Shown: one piece after another, positions 1-9,929 of the stretch
Layout of the letters: each line of letters starts with the position of its first letter
How positions within the stretch are numbered: position 1 is the stretch's first letter
Assembly: GCA_963808235.1 (NCBI GenBank)
Contig: CAWEEQ010000001.1
Location: forward strand, 256,001 to 320,000
Direction: 5' to 3'
Length of the DNA stretch: 64,000 bases
Origin: an uncultured delta proteobacterium
GTDB taxonomy: Bacteria > Desulfobacterota > Binatia > Binatales > Binataceae
Position numbers and translations under genes: made by a program
Notes under the pieces: generated by a model
Database searches by the model: none
What the model saw: only the letters and a program-made list of their open reading frames with translations
Told to the model about the DNA's origin: nothing

Positions 1-918
1 TTCCTTTATTCGATCGAATTCCGAGAGCGGCTCGACGCCGCTGAATAGCTGTTCTCCGAACGCGATCCAATCCTTGTCGCGGGTGGCCTCGTCACAAAAG
101 CCCTGCTCGCAGACGAAGCGCATCAGGCGGGCGGTGAAAACGCCGAGCGCGGAGCCGAAGAGGAAAGTCATCGCGACGAATCCGTCTTTCGCGGGCCATA
201 CCAGCGGGATTTCGATCGGGCCGATTTTCACGCCGCCCGATATGCGTTCCATTTCGGGCGAACCGAGCGGAGCCGCCAGAATGTGCGACTGCGTCGCCAT
301 CGCAACCGATTGCTGCGCGGCGACATCGATGTGTTGCCCGAGGCCGGAGCTGGTGCGCTCGTGATGAGCAGCGAGCGCAGCGACTGCGGCGTCGGCGCAG
401 GCGTGCAGATAAGCTTGCGGAATAGATAGGCGGACGGGCGGGCGATCCGCGTCGCCGGCGAGGATGAGCGGTCCTCCGGCGGCCATGATGATCAGATCGC
501 TGTCGGCATACGTTGCCTTCGGACCGTCCTGACCAAACGGCGTGATCGAAACGTAAATGAGCGCGGGATTGAGCCTGGCGAGATCGGAGAAGCCGAGTTT
601 GCGTTCCGCCAGGTAGCCGGGATTGTACGACTCGATCAGAAAATCGGCGCGCTCGACGAGACGAAGCAGAAGCGCGCGGCCCTGGTCGCGTTCGATGTCG
701 AGAGTGATGGAGCGCTTGTTGCGATTGTAAGCCCACCAATGGAGCGAGCGATTCGGATGTGGCTGGTCCTTGTAAAACGGGCCGATTTGGCGCGCCGGAG
801 ATCCTCCGACCGGCTCGACCTTGATAACGTCGGCGCCCATATCGCCAAGCATCTGGCCGCATAGAAGGCCGCGCTCGGTGGTGAGATCGAGGACGCGATA
901 TGGCGACAGCATCGACAT
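1..918 (-). CDS. CoA-transferase family III (CaiB/BaiF), 3' end outside the window
   Basis: Not in the ORF track. Manual minus-strand translation from ATG 918 gives MSMLSPYRVLDLTTERGLLCGQMLGDMGADVIKVEP...YNRNKRSITLD, the typical family III N-terminus. Confidence 0.9.
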   Translation of the reverse strand, partial: MSMLSPYRVLDLTTERGLLCGQMLGDMGADVIKVEPVGGSPARQIGPFYKDQPHPNRSLHWWAYNRNKRSITLDIERDQGRALLLRLVERADFLIESYNPGYLAERKLGFSDLARLNPALIYVSITPFGQDGPKATYADSDLIIMAAGGPLILAGDADRPPVRLSIPQAYLHACADAAVAALAAHHERTSSGLGQHIDVAAQQSVAMATQSHILAAPLGSPEMERISGGVKIGPIEIPLVWPAKDGFVAMTFLFGSALGVFTARLMRFVCEQGFCDEATRDKDWIAFGEQLFSGVEPLSEFDRIKE

Positions 919-1022
919 GCGACAAAGTTTGAGTAGAAGCCTTGCCTACCTTGCTATGCTCGTTGGGTTTTCGGCAAGGGCGTGCGGCTATGTGCTGAGG
1001 GTGTGCGACTTCACCGGAGAAG

Positions 1023-3440
1023 TCAGCGGGCGATGCGATGGCGGCCGGGGCCAACCTCGCGGGAGGCGAGCGGTGCATCGTCGAAGGTCACGCGCGCGGT
1101 CACGCCGTCCGGGATCGTGATTTCGCCGCCGCGCTCGCGATCGAGTTTCACCTCGATTAGTCCGTGCGGAGTGGGTACGCGGCCTTCGAGGTATCGGAGA
1201 GAGCCGAAGAGGGGACTGATTTCGGCGCGCGAATAGCCGGGCGCCGCGGGTCGCACGCCGAGGACCCAAGTGGTCAGATCGTAAGTTGGGGTGGCGGACC
1301 ATGCGTGGCAGCGGCTCCCAGTGCCGACGCGAGCGTCCCAGTATTCCTCGAAACAGCTGTCGCCGCGCTCGATCTGCGGCCACCATTTCATGCATCGCGC
1401 GGGAATCAGATTGCGTCGGTCGGCGCGGACGATCGCGTCATGCAGGAAGTGCGAGAAGAACGGCTGTGCCGCGACGACGTTGCGCTCGACGTCGAAGGTC
1501 ATGTGCTCGTCGGGATCCATATGCTGGGTCAGATACGCGGAGAGGTTGTCGGAGATGGTGGGCGTGATGGCGACGCGCGATTCGTCGAGGACATAGTCGA
1601 GCATCCGGGGCCAGCGGTCGCGCGGGGCGCATCCGGAGACGATTGCGATCGCGTTGGTCTGCTGGCTCACGCGGCGGCGCGGGCCGTTGCTGTTGGCGGC
1701 GTCGACGTAAACGCCGGCGGCTTCATCCCAGAGGAGGTTGAACGCAGCGCGGGTTCGCTCGGCGCGATTGTTCGCGTCGGCGGTGGCGTGCGAATCGGCC
1801 ATGACAGTCCATGCGAGCGCAGCAAAATCATCGAGCGCCGCGGCGTAGAGAGCATCGAGGGCGCCGGTGACTTCGGAGCGCTCGGTCATCGCCCAGTCGA
1901 TGAAGATCCATCCCGGCATCGAGCGAATCAGACCGTCGGGTGCGCGGTAACGCTCGAAGGCGTCGAGGATGCCGGCCGCGGTGGGCATCAGTTCGCGCAC
2001 GGTTGCGCGGTCGCCGGAATATTCGAAGTAGCGGGCGAGCGCACGAATCCAGTGGAGTGAGTAGTCGGGAATGGTGGTCGAGGAAACGGAGAGATCGCCC
2101 GCAGCGGCCATCGCGAGCAATCCGTCGGCGCGTCGCGAATGCGCGCAGACGCGCAGATGGCGCCGGACCAGGCGCCAATCGGTGCTGGTGGTGTAGGTCA
2201 GCAGCGCGTGGATGTAGGAATCGCCGAGCCAGGCGCGCTGCTCGCGGCCGGGGCAATCGATGAACGCGTCGGTGGAGCACAGTTCGAGAGTGCGCGCGCC
2301 GACGCGCCAGATTTTGTTGAGTGCGGGATCGTCGCACTCGAAGTGGGCGTCTGCGTAGCGCGGATAGCGGCGCTCGATCGCGCCGACGGATTCGATTGCC
2401 GCACCACCGCGCGTGACGATCGACAAATAGCGGAAGCCGACTGATTCGTAGGACTCGACGCGCTCGGCCGCGCCGGCGCCGCCGACGATATAGCGCATCG
2501 CAAAATGGCGCGGCCTGGTCTCGGCGGTGGAATCGGCGCGGAGGTCTTCACCGCAATAGAAATCGACGATCGAGCCGGCCCGGCCGCGCACGACAGCCCA
2601 CGGTGTCGCGAGCGTAATCATGCCGGCGTCGTAGGTGACGATGGAGTCGGGGCCGGTGGCGGAGGCGTCGGCGGTTGGGTATGCGTGATGCGGATCGTCA
2701 ACGTCGAGACCTGCGACGCCGCGGCGCGACAGTTCAGTTAGACGGATACCTAGCGCGGTGAGCGGCGCGATGTCGTCATGCTCGGGCGCGGTGAAAGGCT
2801 CGACGGGGATTCGTTTGCGATTGGGCGAGAAGGTTCCCGCGGACAACTCGACGGCGGGCTCCCAATCGGAATCGTCGAAATCCGCGGCGGCCCATCGCGC
2901 AGGTACCGCTGCGCCGTCGAGAATTTCCACCGGCGGAACGGGCAGCGCCTGCTGTTTCACGACGTCCTGCCGATATGGCGCGGGGCGTCCCTTCCACGAC
3001 GCATCTGAACTCACCCCAATAGCTGTTGATTCGAAGGCGAACGATCCGAACCCGATCAGGAAGCTGGGCGCGGCCGGACGCCACCATGGACCGGGCAATC
3101 CGTAATAGCGCACGAGCGCCGCGATCGCGTTGCGCCCCGGATGAAGAAATTGCGCGAGGTCGATCTCGTTCCAGGCGAGACGCTCGGGCACGGAACGCGC
3201 GGGTCCGCGAGCGACCTCGACGTCGTTGACGAAGAGCACGAAGCGCGAATCGGCAGTCACGCGAGCGGGGACCGACGCGGGTATCGATTTGAGATCGATC
3301 GATCGGCGCAAGTAGCAGAATCGATTCCAGGTTTCCCTGGGCGGAATTCCGGCGGGCGCGATGGGAGAGACGGGCGTCGCAGCTGGCGCTGCCCAAATCC
3401 AACGGGCGTTCCAGACTATCGGCCATTTCGATTCGGGCAT
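1023..3440 (-). CDS. Alpha-L-rhamnosidase-like glycoside hydrolase (GH78)
   Basis: Motifs TADSRFVLFVN, FIDCPGREQRAWLGD, FIDWA and SRCHAWSATP. Start taken at MPESKW, just downstream of the upstream stop codon. Confidence 0.85.
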   Translation of the reverse strand: MPESKWPIVWNARWIWAAPAATPVSPIAPAGIPPRETWNRFCYLRRSIDLKSIPASVPARVTADSRFVLFVNDVEVARGPARSVPERLAWNEIDLAQFLHPGRNAIAALVRYYGLPGPWWRPAAPSFLIGFGSFAFESTAIGVSSDASWKGRPAPYRQDVVKQQALPVPPVEILDGAAVPARWAAADFDDSDWEPAVELSAGTFSPNRKRIPVEPFTAPEHDDIAPLTALGIRLTELSRRGVAGLDVDDPHHAYPTADASATGPDSIVTYDAGMITLATPWAVVRGRAGSIVDFYCGEDLRADSTAETRPRHFAMRYIVGGAGAAERVESYESVGFRYLSIVTRGGAAIESVGAIERRYPRYADAHFECDDPALNKIWRVGARTLELCSTDAFIDCPGREQRAWLGDSYIHALLTYTTSTDWRLVRRHLRVCAHSRRADGLLAMAAAGDLSVSSTTIPDYSLHWIRALARYFEYSGDRATVRELMPTAAGILDAFERYRAPDGLIRSMPGWIFIDWAMTERSEVTGALDALYAAALDDFAALAWTVMADSHATADANNRAERTRAAFNLLWDEAAGVYVDAANSNGPRRRVSQQTNAIAIVSGCAPRDRWPRMLDYVLDESRVAITPTISDNLSAYLTQHMDPDEHMTFDVERNVVAAQPFFSHFLHDAIVRADRRNLIPARCMKWWPQIERGDSCFEEYWDARVGTGSRCHAWSATPTYDLTTWVLGVRPAAPGYSRAEISPLFGSLRYLEGRVPTPHGLIEVKLDRERGGEITIPDGVTARVTFDDAPLASREVGPGRHRIAR

Positions 3441-3450
3441 CGACGAACCT

Positions 3451-4605
3451 TCAGTACGGGCGCGCAGCTTTGCCGATGATCTCGCGCGCAACGAGAGTCT
3501 TCATGATCTGCGCGGTGCCGTCGCCAATCTCAAGCCCGATCACGTCGCGCAGCCGCTGTTGATGAGGCAGGTCGAGACTGAATCCGAGATGCCCGTGCAA
3601 CAGCAGGCATTGATGGAGCACTTGTGCAGCCAGCTCGGGCGCAAGCCATTTGGCGCCGGCCGCGAGCCATCCGTGGGGTTCGCCGCGATCCTTTAGCCAC
3701 AACGCCTCGTAACAAAGTAGTCGCGCGGCGCGGAGCCGGATCGCAGCCTCCGCGAGCGGGAACGAGACGCCCTCGAAGCGAGCGAGTGGCGCTCCGAAAG
3801 CCTCGCGCTCGGCGACGTATGCGCAGGTTTCATCGACGCTCTGCGTCGCGGCCCCGATACACATGAGGCCGATGAGCGAGCGGCTGAAGTCGAAGCCTTG
3901 CATCACCTGGACGAAGCCGGCGCCCTCCGCGCCGATGCGGGACGCGACCGGCACTCGCACCGCGTCGAAGAATAGCTGGCCGCGGCCGATCGCACGTGAG
4001 CCGAGATCGCGAAATCGCGTGCGAGTGACACCGGGTGAGTTGAGATCGACGTAAAAGGCGCTGACGCCGCGAGCGCCAGCGTCGGGCGCGCCGGTGCGAG
4101 CCATCACGATTGCGGTGGCGGCTGACGACGAGAAGGAAATGGAAGTCTTCTCGCCGCTCAGCAGATAGCAGTCGCCCTCGCGCCGCGCTTGCATCGCGAC
4201 GTGCGCGGCGTCGGAGCCGCCGGCGGGTTCGGTGACGCCCAACGCGGAGACGATTTCGCCGCGGCAGATCGGCGGAAGGAACGCGGCCTGCTGGCGGGCG
4301 TCGGCACTGCGCGAGATTATCGCGCCGACCAGAGCCGAGAGCAGCAGGACGTAGGCGGCGTTGAAATCGCCACGCGCAATTTCCTCGTGCGCGATCCCGA
4401 GTGAGACATAGTCGAGTCCAGAACCGCCGAGCTGAGATTCGACCATCGGCGCGAGCAGGCCAAGCTCGCCAAGTTTGCGAATCAGCGATGGCGGCAGATC
4501 CTCGTCGCGGTCGCGCGATGCGTAATTGGGAAGGAGTTCGCGGCGGGCGAAGTCGCGCAGGGTATCCTGCAACAATTTCTGCTCGGCGCTGAGCGCAAAA
4601 TCCAT
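3451..4605 (-). CDS. Acyl-CoA dehydrogenase (cyclohexanecarboxyl-CoA dehydrogenase-like)
   Basis: Motifs ALGVTEPAGGSD, SGEKTSIS, REAFG, LHGHLGF and EIGDGTAQIMK. Confidence 0.92.
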   Translation of the reverse strand: MDFALSAEQKLLQDTLRDFARRELLPNYASRDRDEDLPPSLIRKLGELGLLAPMVESQLGGSGLDYVSLGIAHEEIARGDFNAAYVLLLSALVGAIISRSADARQQAAFLPPICRGEIVSALGVTEPAGGSDAAHVAMQARREGDCYLLSGEKTSISFSSSAATAIVMARTGAPDAGARGVSAFYVDLNSPGVTRTRFRDLGSRAIGRGQLFFDAVRVPVASRIGAEGAGFVQVMQGFDFSRSLIGLMCIGAATQSVDETCAYVAEREAFGAPLARFEGVSFPLAEAAIRLRAARLLCYEALWLKDRGEPHGWLAAGAKWLAPELAAQVLHQCLLLHGHLGFSLDLPHQQRLRDVIGLEIGDGTAQIMKTLVAREIIGKAARPY

Positions 4606-4616
4606 AGTCGCGAGTC

Positions 4617-5024
4617 TCAGTTGGACGGAGCGTCTTTGGTCGGCAAGGTCGCGGCCTGCGGCGGCGCTCCAGTCGGGCCGACCCAGTCGGGAAGGCTCTG
4701 GAGGCCGCCGAGATGAACGTAAGGAGCCGGTCGTTCGACCGTCTGGTCGCTGTTGTTGTCGCCCATCTCGTCCTGGTAGTGCTGGGTGACCTGCTTTTTC
4801 ATTTCATCGGGCGACATATTCGGCTGCATGCCCTGGCTGTGCGAAAAGTCGGCGCGGCTTTTCTCATCCATGTTGAGCCAGATTTGACTTGCCTGCGCGG
4901 AATTGCCGTGATTCATCGCCTCGATGAATTTCTGCTGATCGGTTTCGCGATGCCAGCATCCTGCGAGGGCGATAGCGAAGGCCGCAATCAGCAGGACGAG
5001 TGTCGGTTTGATTTTCGATGGCAT
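4617..5024 (-). CDS. Hypothetical lipoprotein
   Basis: Basic N-terminus, hydrophobic stretch and LAGC lipobox. Packed tightly between its neighbours. Confidence 0.7.
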   Translation of the reverse strand: MPSKIKPTLVLLIAAFAIALAGCWHRETDQQKFIEAMNHGNSAQASQIWLNMDEKSRADFSHSQGMQPNMSPDEMKKQVTQHYQDEMGDNNSDQTVERPAPYVHLGGLQSLPDWVGPTGAPPQAATLPTKDAPSN

Positions 5025-5043
5025 CGAGTTTCGCATTGCGCCC

Positions 5044-6153
5044 CTAAAACGTGATCACACTTCGAATCGATTTGCCCTCGTGCATCAGGTGAAAGGCGTC
5101 GTTGATTTTTTCCAGCGGCATGATGTGCGTGATCAAGTCGTCGATGTTGATCCGGCGATCCATGTACCAATCCACGATTTTGGGAACGTCGCGCCGCCCG
5201 CGCGCGCCACCAAAAGCGGTGCCTTTCCAGGTGCGTCCGGTGACGAGCTGGAACGGGCGCGTCGATATTTCCTGGCCCGCACCGGCGACGCCGATGATGA
5301 CGCTGGTTCCCCATCCACGCTGGCAGCATTCGAGTGCCTGGCGCATGAGCTTGGTGTTGCCGACGCATTCGAAAGAAAAATCCGCGCCACCACGGGTCAG
5401 GTTCACGATATGCGGCACCAGTTCTCCGTCAACCTCGGCGGGATTCACGAAATGCGTCATCCCGAATTTCTCGGCGATCGCTTTTCGCGATGGATTCAGA
5501 TCGACTCCGACGATCATCGATGCGCCTGCCATCCGCGCGCCCTGCACGACGTTCAGACCGATACCGCCGAGTCCGAAGACGACCACTCGATCGCCCGACT
5601 GCACCTTTGCGGTGTTGAGAACGGCGCCGATTCCGGTCGTGACGCCGCATCCGATGTAACAAATCTTGTCGAACGGGGCGTCGTCGCGAACCTTCGCCAG
5701 TGCTATTTCGGGCACCACCGTGAAGTTCGCGAAGGTCGAAGTGCCCATGTAGTGATGAAGCCTCGCGCCGTCGCGCGAGAAGCGGCTGGCGCCGTCGGGC
5801 ATGACGCCGCGAGCTTGAGTCTCGCGAATAGCGGTGCACAGATTTGTCTTGCCGGAGAGGCAGGCGGGACAGTTGCGGCATTCGGGAATGTAGAGCGGGA
5901 TGACGTGGTCGCCACGCTTGAGCGTCGTGACAGTGGGGCCGACCTCAACCACGACGCCCGCGCCCTCGTGTCCGAGAATCGCCGGGAACAATCCCTCGGG
6001 ATCGGCGCCGGAGAGCGTGTATGCGTCGGTGTGGCAGACTCCGGTAGCTTTGATTTCGACCAGGACTTCGCCCGACTTGGGCCCTTCGAGGTCAACGGTT
6101 GTGACTTCGAGCGGTTTGCCGGGTTGATTTGCGACTGCCGCTTTAACTTTCAC
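5044..6153 (-). CDS. frmA: S-(hydroxymethyl)glutathione dehydrogenase / class III alcohol dehydrogenase
   Basis: Motifs GVCHTDAYTLSGADPEG, GHEGAG, structural-zinc CxxCxxC..C, TRPFQLVTGR and GTAFGG. Confidence 0.95.
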   Translation of the reverse strand: MKVKAAVANQPGKPLEVTTVDLEGPKSGEVLVEIKATGVCHTDAYTLSGADPEGLFPAILGHEGAGVVVEVGPTVTTLKRGDHVIPLYIPECRNCPACLSGKTNLCTAIRETQARGVMPDGASRFSRDGARLHHYMGTSTFANFTVVPEIALAKVRDDAPFDKICYIGCGVTTGIGAVLNTAKVQSGDRVVVFGLGGIGLNVVQGARMAGASMIVGVDLNPSRKAIAEKFGMTHFVNPAEVDGELVPHIVNLTRGGADFSFECVGNTKLMRQALECCQRGWGTSVIIGVAGAGQEISTRPFQLVTGRTWKGTAFGGARGRRDVPKIVDWYMDRRINIDDLITHIMPLEKINDAFHLMHEGKSIRSVITF

Positions 6154-7039
6154 GATTCGATTCTTTTCGCGCGCGCAATCCTACAAAACCGTCGCGAATC
6201 GCGAGCTTGCCTTCACCGTTGATGACTTCGAAAAAGATGCCTGCACTCGTCGGGTCGGCGAGAATGCGGAGCGTCAGCGTGGACGGCATCGTCACCATCG
6301 CGCCGAATCGGCAGGCGATCCTGCTCACGCGGGCCGGATCGGATTGCGCGCGTGACTCGACGATGCGCGACACTGCAAGCGCGAGCGTCGCGGTGCCATG
6401 AAGGATGATCGCGGGAAGACCGGCGGCACGCGCGACCGCGGCGTCGGTATGAATCGGATTAAAGATGCGCGCGCATTCGGTGTAGATGTGCGCCATCCCG
6501 GCGGGCACCGGGATTTTGAGCTCAGTCTGCGTTTTCTCGAGTGCGTCGGCGTGCGCAGCGGGCGGCATCGAAAGATCGGCAGGGCGGTCGGGACCTTCGA
6601 CCGCGACACCGCGATAGATCGACCCGTACCATGACGTGCAAACCGGAGCGTCGCTCGCATCGACTGTGTCTAACCGCGTCAATTGATATGCGCCGGGAGT
6701 ACGGCTTTCGACGCCCGCAATTTTTAGCCGCGTGCGGAGCATTTCAGGCGGACGGATCGGCCGATGGATGATCAAATCGTGAGTCGCGTGCACGCCGCGC
6801 ATCGCTTCTTCGTCGGTGAGCGAATTGGTTTTGAAGAGACGGCGCATCGCGACGATCAACGGCCATTCGAAACAGACCGGGAACATCGGATGTGCCACAA
6901 GATGGTCGGAGCGAAGCGTGTCCAGGTAGACGGGGATCGAGTCGCCGAGCGACGCCGCATAGGCCATCGTCCATCGCGCGTCGATGTCGGTTGCGGCGGG
7001 CTCCGAGACAGTGCCCACGATGGAAGAACTGAGCGGCAT
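6143..7039 (-). CDS. MaoC-type double hot-dog enoyl-CoA hydratase/dehydratase
   Basis: N-terminal hot-dog domain (YAASLGD, HPMF, VHATHD) and the C-terminal hydratase-2 motif NPIHTD...GLPAIILHG. Overlaps the frmA start. Confidence 0.82.
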   Translation of the reverse strand: MPLSSSIVGTVSEPAATDIDARWTMAYAASLGDSIPVYLDTLRSDHLVAHPMFPVCFEWPLIVAMRRLFKTNSLTDEEAMRGVHATHDLIIHRPIRPPEMLRTRLKIAGVESRTPGAYQLTRLDTVDASDAPVCTSWYGSIYRGVAVEGPDRPADLSMPPAAHADALEKTQTELKIPVPAGMAHIYTECARIFNPIHTDAAVARAAGLPAIILHGTATLALAVSRIVESRAQSDPARVSRIACRFGAMVTMPSTLTLRILADPTSAGIFFEVINGEGKLAIRDGFVGLRARKESNRES

Positions 7040-7144
7040 CAGTTACTTTTACGCGCGCAGGCTGGCGGCGTCCACCGCTCCGGCTTGAAGCGACACCCGA
7101 TTGGTGCCAAACCAATCTGAACGCAAGTTACAGGCAATACGACG

Positions 7145-7537
7145 ATGGCCACGGGCGAGATCAATCACGTGGATCTGACCGTGAGCAGTCTTGAGCGCTC
7201 CCTGCCATTTTACACCGCGGTCCTGGAATTCCTCGGTTATCACAAGTCAGGCGGCAACGCGGTGTTCAAGAAGGGCGGAACCGAAGTCGCGCTTGAGCAG
7301 GCAAAGGTCGAAAGCGCATCAAAGGTGCACGACCGCTACGCGCCCGGGTTGCATCACCTTGCCTTTACCGCCGAAAGTCGCGACGAGGTCGACCGAGTCT
7401 ATGGGCTTCTCATAGAGATGGGGGCTCGCATCCTCGACCCGCCTGCAATCTATTACCAGCCCGACTATTACGCGGTATTTTTCGCAGACCCGGACGGAAT
7501 CAAGCTCGAACTCTGTCACAGGCCGGGTAGAGACTGA
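7145..7537 (+). CDS. VOC/glyoxalase family protein
   Basis: Motifs INHVDLTVS, GLHHLAF and YAVFFADPDGIKLE. Confidence 0.9.
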   Translation: MATGEINHVDLTVSSLERSLPFYTAVLEFLGYHKSGGNAVFKKGGTEVALEQAKVESASKVHDRYAPGLHHLAFTAESRDEVDRVYGLLIEMGARILDPPAIYYQPDYYAVFFADPDGIKLELCHRPGRD

Positions 7538-7668
7538 GGCACGAGATCGACGTGTCATTTCCTGAAATCGCCCCTGATGGGGCTGGTATCTTCGACTGCG
7601 CACATAGTAGATACTCGCGACGATCGGATAGCCACTCGATTAGCCACTAAGACTGCGAGGGGAGAAAA

Positions 7669-8052
7669 ATGGCCGACAGCAGTATTTCACCGGACAAAGT
7701 GATCGCGTCGTTGCTCGAAGGCAAATCGCGCCGCGAGATCATGGTCATACTTGCGCGGCTCGAGCATGGGGGCGCGGGAATTTACGAGTCGCTCGCGTCA
7801 CAGGAAAAAAATCAGAAGGCGCGCGAGGCGCTGCTGGCCGCTGCCAAGCGCGAGGAGCAGAATTCGGCGCTGCTCAAGCTGATGACAACGACCAAGGACA
7901 AGTGCGAGAAATGCGGCAAGCCGGTGCCGGGTGCTGCTGACGCGCTGACCTGCTCCTTTCAATGCACTTTCTGCGTCGATTGCGCGAGTGGATACAATCA
8001 CGTTTGCCCGAACTGCTCGGGTCAACTCGCGGCTCGTAGCATTTCTCAGTAG
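7669..8052 (+). CDS. DUF1272-like Cys-rich protein with an N-terminal ferritin-like helix pair
   Basis: C-terminal CEKC...CSFQCTFCVDC...VCPNCSG pattern. GGGGAG ribosome-binding site upstream. Confidence 0.7.
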   Translation: MADSSISPDKVIASLLEGKSRREIMVILARLEHGGAGIYESLASQEKNQKAREALLAAAKREEQNSALLKLMTTTKDKCEKCGKPVPGAADALTCSFQCTFCVDCASGYNHVCPNCSGQLAARSISQ

Positions 8053-8067
8053 AGATATATTCCCCTC

Positions 8068-9357
8068 GTGAAACTGGCGGAGAAGGAGCTTGTAGGTGAG
8101 GTGCGCGCGCGCACTTCGCAGCGGCGACTCGCGATCGCCGGCATGGCCGGCAATATTCTCGAGTGGTACGACTTTTCGATCTACGGCTTCTTCGCGTACG
8201 CGATCGGCCAGAACTTCTTTCCATCGCATAGTGCTGCCACCTCGCTGATCGATGCGTTCGGAGTCTTCGCCGCGGGTTTTCTGATGCGCCCGCTGGGGGC
8301 CCTGGTCTTCGGCCATATCGGCGATCACTACGGACGTCAAAGAGCGCTGACCCTCTCCGTCGTCGCGATGGCTGTGCCGACGGTTCTTATCGGCTTACTG
8401 CCCACCTATCGGCAAATCGGCGTGAGTGCGGCGGTCCTGCTGGTGGTGCTGCGGCTGGTGCAGGGACTTTCCGTGGGGGGTGAGTACACCACGTCGGTGG
8501 TGTTCCTGATCGAAGGCTCGCTCACTCGGCGACGCGGCCTGATGGGCGCGTTCGGCGCGGCGGCGGCGTTTATCGGCGTGATGATCGGTTCGGGCGTCGG
8601 CGCGCTGGTAGCCGCGACGATGTCGCCGGAGGCGCTGGCCGGATGGGGATGGCGGCTGCCATTCCTGGCCGGAAGTACGATTGGAATTGCCGGCTACTTT
8701 ATTCGGCGCGAATTGCAAAATGCCGGCGAGCTACCACGCGTCGCTCCGCCCGCGATGGGCGACGTGCTGCGCACGCAATGGCGCCGGGTGCTGCAGGTCG
8801 CGGGCTTCAAGGTGCTGGAGTCGGTCGGCTTCTACTTGATGTTCGTATACTCGGCGACTTACCTGACCGAGATCGTGGGCCTCGCGAAAAGCAGAGCGCT
8901 GGCGATCAATACGATCGGGATGGCGGCCGCGGTTCTAATGCTGCCGGTGGCAGGCGCACTGTCCGATCGTTTCGGACGCAAGCCGATGCTCCTGCTCGCA
9001 TCGGGCTTGATCATTTGCCTGGCGTGGCCGCTGTTCAACGTGCTGTGGCATCCAATGTTTCACGCCCCGTTGCTGGGGCAGATTGGATTTGCACTGCTGA
9101 TCGCTTTGTTTGACGGCGTCGCTCCCACCACTGCCGCCGAGGCCTTTCCGGCCAATGTGCGCTGTACGGGCGTGGGACTGAGCCACAATCTTTGCATCGC
9201 ACTGCTGGGCGGAACCGCGCCGCTGGTCGCGACCTACTTGATCGACAGAACCGGCAACGAAATGGTACCGCCGCTTTACCTGATCGGAGCCGCGGTCGTG
9301 TCCGCCATTTTTGTATTGTCGCTCAAGGAGACGGCTCATCAGCCACTCGCGGAGTGA
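8068..9357 (+). CDS. MFS transporter, metabolite:H+ symporter (ProP-like)
   Basis: Motifs GNILEWYDF, FLMRPLG, GDHYGR, RLVQGLSVGGE and SDRFGRK. About 12 hydrophobic segments. Confidence 0.93.
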   Translation: MKLAEKELVGEVRARTSQRRLAIAGMAGNILEWYDFSIYGFFAYAIGQNFFPSHSAATSLIDAFGVFAAGFLMRPLGALVFGHIGDHYGRQRALTLSVVAMAVPTVLIGLLPTYRQIGVSAAVLLVVLRLVQGLSVGGEYTTSVVFLIEGSLTRRRGLMGAFGAAAAFIGVMIGSGVGALVAATMSPEALAGWGWRLPFLAGSTIGIAGYFIRRELQNAGELPRVAPPAMGDVLRTQWRRVLQVAGFKVLESVGFYLMFVYSATYLTEIVGLAKSRALAINTIGMAAAVLMLPVAGALSDRFGRKPMLLLASGLIICLAWPLFNVLWHPMFHAPLLGQIGFALLIALFDGVAPTTAAEAFPANVRCTGVGLSHNLCIALLGGTAPLVATYLIDRTGNEMVPPLYLIGAAVVSAIFVLSLKETAHQPLAE

Positions 9358-9929
9358 CGCGCCTGGCGGCGCGTACTGAATCCAGTCAGCAGCGCGGATA
9401 CGAGCCACGCGAAGCTCTCGTCAACGTCGAGCGGGATGCCGAAGCCGCCCGCACTTTCCAGCGCGACGAAACCGTGCACAGCGCTTCTCATCGTGCGCAC
9501 CGCGTGGATTCCGTCGCGGCGACTGAGCCCGTATCCATGCACCACCGCGAGGCAGGTCTCGACGATCTGGTCGCCGGCCGCTTTCAATTCGGCGTCGCCT
9601 CGAAGCGCGGCGATCATCGTGGCCGCATAGATTCCAGGATGTTGTTTGACGAAGGTTCGATACGCAGTGGCGAGTCCGCGCACCGCGTCGTCGCGAGATT
9701 TCCCAACTGTCGCGCGGCTGAGAGCGGTGCCAAGTTCGCGTAGCGCAAGCAGTTTGAGCTCGCGGCGGAGTTCCTCGAGTCCGCCGACATGATTGTACAA
9801 AGATGGAGATCGAATGCGCAGTTTGGCCGCGACTTTGGCGAGCGTCAGCGCGTCCCATCCTTGCGCGTCGGCAATTTTCGCGGCGGCGCGAACAACCGCG
9901 TCCTTAGAGATTCCGACGTGCGTCGCCAA
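9339..9929 (-). CDS. TetR/AcrR family regulator (WHG-type C-terminal domain)
   Basis: HTH LTLAKVAAKLRIRSPSLYNH and C-terminal RSAVHGFVALESAGGF. Confidence 0.9.
   Translation of the reverse strand: MATHVGISKDAVVRAAAKIADAQGWDALTLAKVAAKLRIRSPSLYNHVGGLEELRRELKLLALRELGTALSRATVGKSRDDAVRGLATAYRTFVKQHPGIYAATMIAALRGDAELKAAGDQIVETCLAVVHGYGLSRRDGIHAVRTMRSAVHGFVALESAGGFGIPLDVDESFAWLVSALLTGFSTRRQARHSASG

Noticed and set aside
7629-7648. TAGCCACT direct repeat upstream of the DUF1272-like gene
   Set aside because: Only two copies of 8 bp, with no associated regulator.
2184-8446. E. coli Chi octamers GCTGGTGG near 2184 and 8439
   Set aside because: They are expected by chance in GC-rich coding DNA, and Chi sequences are lineage-specific.
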